A stretch of 64,000 bases of DNA from contig CBDCNP010000002.1 in assembly GCA_965219415.1 (NCBI GenBank), positions 1,344,001 to 1,408,000 on the forward strand. The letters run 5' to 3'. Both the position numbers and the translations under genes were made by a program. The notes beneath the pieces are model-generated. The model made no database searches. It was not told the origin of the DNA and saw only the letters and a list, made by a program, of their open reading frames with translations. This stretch comes from Candidatus Marinacidobacterales bacterium (GTDB lineage Bacteria; Acidobacteriota; Vicinamibacteria; Marinacidobacterales; DATDRI01). Positions 59,434 through 64,000 of this stretch are shown here, in pieces; position 1 is the stretch's first letter; the number at the start of each line of letters is the position of its first letter.

Positions 59434-60198
59434 TTAGCGGCTCGCCAGGGAACGCACTTCGACTCCCGCGTCTGCGAGAGCTTGGCGAATGGCTTGTACG
59501 TTCTGAACAGCACTGGGATTGTCTCCGTGGACACACAGAGTCTCTGCTTCAAGAGTCACTTCACCACCGTCGTGCGACGTGACCTTTCGGTCGCGGGCGA
59601 CGGCGAGCGCCTGGGCGGCAGCCTTGGTGGGGTCGGTGATGACCGATCCTTCGATGCGTCGCGATTGTAGCGTACCGTCTGCGTTGTAAACGCGATCGGC
59701 GAATGCCTCGCCGGCATAGCGCAGCCCCTCCCCTTCCGCCGCCTCGCGCATCGTTGCCGACGTCGCGAGCCCGACGAAGATAAGCTCCCGGCTGAAGCGG
59801 GCGACGCCGCGAGCGATTGCTCGGGAAAGCTCGCTGTCGTTGACGGCTTGATTGTAAAGCGCGCCGTGAGGCTTGACGTGGACGAGCTGGACACCGTGAG
59901 AACGCGCGAAGCCGGCCACCGCCCCGACCTGGTAAAGAACGTCGGCTTCGACTTCCTTCGGGCTAGCCTGGATGGGCCGACGTCCGAACCCCCGCAGATC
60001 GAGATATCCCGGGTGCGCCCCCACCGAGACCCCACTCTTGGAAGCGAGGGCGATGGTTCGGTCCAGAGTCTCGGGGTCGCCGGCGTGAAAGCCGCAGGCA
60101 ACGTTGGCCGAGCTGATGAGTGGCATGAGGGCCTCATCGGCTCCCATCTGGTAGATGCCAAAGCTCTCGCCAATATCGCAGTTCAGATCGATCTGCAT
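59434..60198 (-). CDS. pxpA: 5-oxoprolinase subunit A (LamB/YcsF)
   Basis: 'DLNCDIGES', 'ANVACGFHAGD', 'KPHGALYN', 'CVHGD'. Confidence 0.95.
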   Translation of the reverse strand: MQIDLNCDIGESFGIYQMGADEALMPLISSANVACGFHAGDPETLDRTIALASKSGVSVGAHPGYLDLRGFGRRPIQASPKEVEADVLYQVGAVAGFARSHGVQLVHVKPHGALYNQAVNDSELSRAIARGVARFSRELIFVGLATSATMREAAEGEGLRYAGEAFADRVYNADGTLQSRRIEGSVITDPTKAAAQALAVARDRKVTSHDGGEVTLEAETLCVHGDNPSAVQNVQAIRQALADAGVEVRSLASR

Positions 60199-60265
60199 GG
60201 CTCTTTACATTCTATAACAGGCCGATTCTCTGCGTGGGCTTGATCCGGTTTCGTAGACGGTTTAG

Positions 60266-61170
60266 TTAAGCTGGCGAAGTCCTCATCCGTCGTTCAAACT
60301 CGGCCGGACTGACCTGGCCGAGGGTCGAGTGTCGTCGTCTCTGGTTGTAGAATACCTCGATGAAGTCGAAGAGGGCCATCTTGGCCTCGCCGCAACTGAG
60401 GAAATGCTCCCCAAGCTCGTGCTTGACCGTGGAGAACCAGCTCTCGATGACGGCGTTGTCGTAGCAGTTGCCCCGTCGGCTCATGCTCCCGGTCATGCCA
60501 TGCGTCTCAAGGAGACGTTGGTAGTCTTTGCTGGCATACGGACTGCCCTGATCGGAGTGATGCAAGAGCCCCGCGGCCGGTTGGCGACGTTTCAGTGCCA
60601 TCCGCAACGCCTTGATAACCAGGTGACGGTCGTTAATAGCACTTACGGCCCACCCAACGAGGAATCGCGAGTAGAGGTCGAGGAGCGCCGCGAGATAAAG
60701 CTTCCCGCCGCTGCCGATCACGAACTCGGTCGTGTCCCCGACCCACCGTTGGTTCGGCGCATCGGCGACGAAGTCTTGCCCGAGCACATTGGCCGCGACG
60801 GGCTGGCCATGACCGCTTACCGTCGTGCGCTTGAAGCGTTTGCGTACTCGAGCAATGAGGCCTTCTGCCTGTTTCAACCGAATCACCCGCTTCCGACTCA
60901 CTCGATACCCCTGCTCGTGCAGGTCGTGATAAATCCGCGGACTCCCATAGGTGCGGCGACTCGCCTCATGGGAGGCACGAATCAACACGCGCAACTGGCG
61001 GTCCCGGCGCGCGTGGGCCGACGGCGGCCGACGTACCCAGGCATAAAAGCCACTCCGAGAGACGTTGAGAATCTGACACAGGTGAACGACCGGTACGGTG
61101 GCCTTCTCCGCCTGGATGAACGCGAATCTTACTCGCTCTCCTTCGCGAAGAAGGCCGCGGCTTTTTTTAA
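60266..61170 (-). CDS. IS3 transposase OrfB (DDE), expressed by -1 frameshift
   Basis: 'YGSPR', 'WVGD', 'HHSDQGS', 'GNCYDNA..ES', 'YN..R.HS'. Confidence 0.92.
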
Positions 61171-61446
61171 AACGTCGCGCTCCACCCGCAACCGCCGATT
61201 CTCTTTGCGGAGCCGCCGAAGCTCCTCGCGTTCCACGCCCGTCAAGCCCGTCCGGCCCTTCGTCCGATCGGCCCGGGCCTGACGGACCCAGTTGCGAAAC
61301 GCCGATTCGGTGAGGTCAAGCTCCCGGGCCACCCGACCCACGCTCTGGCCCTCATCAAGCACCAGCCGGACCGCGCCTGCCTTAAACTCGTCATCAAACT
61401 CCCGGCGGGGTCGCCGGGGCTGCGTTGTCTTTGCCATTGTGGACAT
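61129..61446 (-). CDS. IS3 transposase OrfA
   Basis: 'EFKAGAVRL', 'LKKAAAFFAKE'; A7 slip site at 61162-61168. Confidence 0.92.
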   Translation of the reverse strand: MSTMAKTTQPRRPRREFDDEFKAGAVRLVLDEGQSVGRVARELDLTESAFRNWVRQARADRTKGRTGLTGVEREELRRLRKENRRLRVERDVLKKAAAFFAKESE

Positions 61447-61553
61447 CGTATCCGCCTTTCAGAAAGTGTCCACGAAACTGGATCAAGCCCATGCGAAGAA
61501 AAGCGACGCTTGCATCACCGCGGTGAAACCAATAACCTTCACGAAACTCTTCC

Positions 61554-61946
61554 ATGAAGGGCCCAGACGGTTTCGATTTGATCGCCCACCACATCGTGGC
61601 GGTCAAGAACCTCGGAGGGGCGGATCGCCTCTTCGGGGGCACGATGCTCGCCTGGCTGGACGACGCCGGAGCAAGCTACGCGATGATAAAGGCGCACGCC
61701 TCCGGTATGGTGACTCGACACATCGAGGCGATGGACTTCCTGGCGCCGGGTCGATTGGGCGACGTGCTAGGCATCTATGGACGAGTATCCAAAACCGGCA
61801 GGACTTCTATCTCGGTCGAAATGTGCGTACTCGCCGAGGATCCAGCAAGCGGGGCCTCTCGGGAGATCGTCCACACCACGTTCGTCTTCGTCGCCGTCGA
61901 CAAGTGGGGCAAGAAGACACCCATCAGGACTCAGCTGGAAACCTGA
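61554..61946 (+). CDS. Hotdog-fold acyl-CoA thioesterase
   Basis: 'LFGG.ML.WLD', 'GRTSI', 'FVFVAVD'. Confidence 0.88.
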   Translation: MKGPDGFDLIAHHIVAVKNLGGADRLFGGTMLAWLDDAGASYAMIKAHASGMVTRHIEAMDFLAPGRLGDVLGIYGRVSKTGRTSISVEMCVLAEDPASGASREIVHTTFVFVAVDKWGKKTPIRTQLET

Positions 61947-61977
61947 CTCTCTAGGCAAAAGTTTGAAGGAGGTAGTC

Positions 61978-62487
61978 ATGAAGTTAAGCAAGCTTGTTTT
62001 CCTTTCTTTGCTCGCCTTTTCCGTCTTTGCATGTGCACCCCCTCCGAGTCAGCAGGAAAGTGCGCCACCTGAAGTCGACCCGGCTCAAGTGCGGGCGGCA
62101 GTCGAGCAACGTAACGCGAAGTTCGAAGAGGCTGTCCAGAACCAGGATGCCGCGGCGCTCGGGGCTCTCTACACCTCGAACGCTGCTTTGCTTCCTCCCG
62201 GCGGTGAGATCGTTCGCGGCAAAGCGGGCGCCGAGGAGCTATGGGGCTCCGTGTTAAGCGGAATGGGACTCAAGACCGTGGACCTCTCGACGGTAGAGCT
62301 CGAAGTTTCCGGCGATACGGCGTTCGAGATCGGAGAGGCGACTCTGAACCTGGAGCCCGAGGGCGGAGAGGCAATGACTCAGTCCCTCAAATACATCGTT
62401 GTTTGGAAGAAAGAGGATGGCACCTGGAAGCTCCACTGGGACATCTGGAACGACAAGCCCGCTCCTAAGGAAGAAGGCACCGACTAG
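61978..62487 (+). CDS. DUF4440/SnoaL-like lipoprotein
   Basis: Lipobox FAC; '[12 protein letters not shown]...DIWN'. Confidence 0.85.
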   Translation: MKLSKLVFLSLLAFSVFACAPPPSQQESAPPEVDPAQVRAAVEQRNAKFEEAVQNQDAAALGALYTSNAALLPPGGEIVRGKAGAEELWGSVLSGMGLKTVDLSTVELEVSGDTAFEIGEATLNLEPEGGEAMTQSLKYIVVWKKEDGTWKLHWDIWNDKPAPKEEGTD

Positions 62488-63644
62488 ACTTCGAGGCGGG
62501 AGGAAGTCCGTTTCTCGATGAGCTGATCGAGCTCTGCACGAAGACGAGGAAGGATCTCATCGTAGGAAAAAGCGCCAACTAGCTCGGTGCGACGCTTCAG
62601 GTTAACGAGTCGCGGACCGCACCACAGCCCCAGATCGGCGTCGTCGGTCTCGCCCGGTCCGTTCACCCGGCAACCCATCACCGCGATGGTGAGCGCATGC
62701 TCTTGGGCATAAACGGTGAGGTCCCGGACTTTTTCCGCAAGCTCGACGAATTGCTCATTCTCTACGCGTGAGCAAGACGGGCAAGAGATGATATTGAGGC
62801 GATCGTTGCCGAAGTCCGGCACCGATCGAAAGCGACCCGCCTCGATGTCCTCCAAGATTTGATGCCCGACTTCGACCTCCTCGGGCTTTCGCGGGTTGGG
62901 AAGCGTCAAGGAGACGCGAATGGTGTCTCCGATGCCACGACTCAGAAGCTTTTCGAAGGCAATGCGGGTCTTGATGATTCCGTCCGGCGGTAGCCCCGCC
63001 TCGGTTACCCCGAGGTGAAGCGGTATCTCGGGACGCTCCTCGGCAAACCGCGTGTTGGCGTCGACGACTTTGGCCGGATCCGAGTCCTTTAGGGACACGC
63101 AGTAACGCGTGAACCCGAGCTCCTCCAGCAGGTCCACGTGCTCGATGGCCGAGGCCACCATCGCGCCGACCGAATCCTCGCCGAACTTCTCGGCGATCGC
63201 GGGATCGACCGAGCCACAATTGACGCCGACCCGCATCGCGCAATCGTTCTCCGCCGCAACTTCCGCGAGGTAGTGGACTTTGTCTCGGACCGGCCTCGAT
63301 TTCTCGTGGTGGTAGAGATGACCCGGGTTGTAGCGGATCTTGTCGACGAAGGGGGCCACCTCCTCCGCCAAACGATAGCTCTCTTGAAGGTCGACAGAGA
63401 GATTGGCCTCGGTCCTTTCTCGGATGACCTTGAGAGCGTCGGCGTCCTTGGAGCTGTCCACCGCGACTCGAACGACCGCAGCACCGGCTTTCCGCAAGGC
63501 CTCTGCCTGGGCGGTGGTCGCCTCGACATCCTGGGTCTTGGTGGCGCACATGCTTTGGACGGCGATCGGCTCGCCACCACCGATGCTGATCGAACCGATG
63601 CGAACGCTACGAGTCGGTTTGCGCCTCTCTATCTTGCCCATCAC
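62484..63644 (-). CDS. ispG: HMBPP synthase
   Basis: 'VQSM', 'RYNPG', '[10 protein letters not shown]', 'GDTIRVSL', CPSC, 'MGC.VNGPGE'. Confidence 0.95.
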   Translation of the reverse strand: MMGKIERRKPTRSVRIGSISIGGGEPIAVQSMCATKTQDVEATTAQAEALRKAGAAVVRVAVDSSKDADALKVIRERTEANLSVDLQESYRLAEEVAPFVDKIRYNPGHLYHHEKSRPVRDKVHYLAEVAAENDCAMRVGVNCGSVDPAIAEKFGEDSVGAMVASAIEHVDLLEELGFTRYCVSLKDSDPAKVVDANTRFAEERPEIPLHLGVTEAGLPPDGIIKTRIAFEKLLSRGIGDTIRVSLTLPNPRKPEEVEVGHQILEDIEAGRFRSVPDFGNDRLNIISCPSCSRVENEQFVELAEKVRDLTVYAQEHALTIAVMGCRVNGPGETDDADLGLWCGPRLVNLKRRTELVGAFSYDEILPRLRAELDQLIEKRTSSRLEV

Positions 63645-64000
63645 TCGGTATTCTAACTCCTCTTCGTGCCGCTTTCGACTTCCCCTCTCCTTCGACGAGG
63701 CGCACGAGGGTGTCGAGATCTTGATAGTTGAGAAGTAATTCTCCTATCGTTCCGTCCGATTTCACCCAGAACATCGCCGGGAAGATGTTGACGTTTCCGA
63801 AGGCGGCACGCGTTTTCGGGTCCAGAATAGCCACCGGGTACTCGATCCCTCGCTCGGCGATGAACTCCGCCCGATCCTGGTCAGACACCTCGAGGCCCAG
63901 CGCCACATCGACGTTCAAACCCAGGATCTCGAAGTCGCTCCGAGCATATCTCTCGTAAAGCTCGACCATGTTCGGCGTGATCCTTTGACAAACTGGGCAG
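63607..64000 (-). CDS. TlpA-like redoxin, 5' end outside the window
   Basis: Window edge reads CPVCQRITP; 'GLNVD', 'FP'. Confidence 0.75.
   Translation of the reverse strand, partial: CPVCQRITPNMVELYERYARSDFEILGLNVDVALGLEVSDQDRAEFIAERGIEYPVAILDPKTRAAFGNVNIFPAMFWVKSDGTIGELLLNYQDLDTLVRLVEGEGKSKAARRGVRIPSDGQDREAQTDS

Larger units (their letters stand above)
60235..61491 (-). mobile_element. Complete IS3-family element
   Basis: IRs TGGGCTTGATCCGGTTTCGTAGAC / GTCCACGAAACTGGATCAAGCCCA; TGCG direct repeat on both flanks. Confidence 0.95.

Overview
A GC-rich bacterial chromosomal window. It is most likely Acidobacteriota (Vicinamibacteria-like), inferred from an ADOP-type permease, a kinase-TolB-TPR receptor, DUF5916 proteins and sulfatase-like proteins. 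Intact housekeeping and transport genes include apbE, nqrM-like, trpF, mgtC-like, an acyl-CoA ligase/ACP/acyltransferase fusion, tesA-ybbA-ybbP, arsC, modABC, pxpA, a pxpB-pxpC fusion and ispG. These are interspersed with many broken accessory genes carrying frameshifts, truncations, internal deletions and one intragenic inversion. Mobile DNA comprises a complete IS3 element with 4-bp target duplication, a one-ended IS256 inside an M24 peptidase gene, and IS91-like and serine-recombinase remnants. Highlights: (1) a probable exported selenoprotein (signal peptide, TlpA-like WASW-U-AG-C, TPR, DsbD-N-like domain) hidden as two ORFs and followed by a SECIS-like hairpin, with a four-way-junction structure just upstream; (2) a ~410-bp inversion that flips the transmembrane segment out of a receptor Ser/Thr kinase gene; (3) a queuosine-salvage (Qng1/DUF2419) hydrolase with a Tat-type signal; (4) clustered gene decay; (5) many apparently leaderless genes. 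No rRNA, tRNA or CRISPR array was seen. All family calls come from motif recognition by eye, not from database searches.
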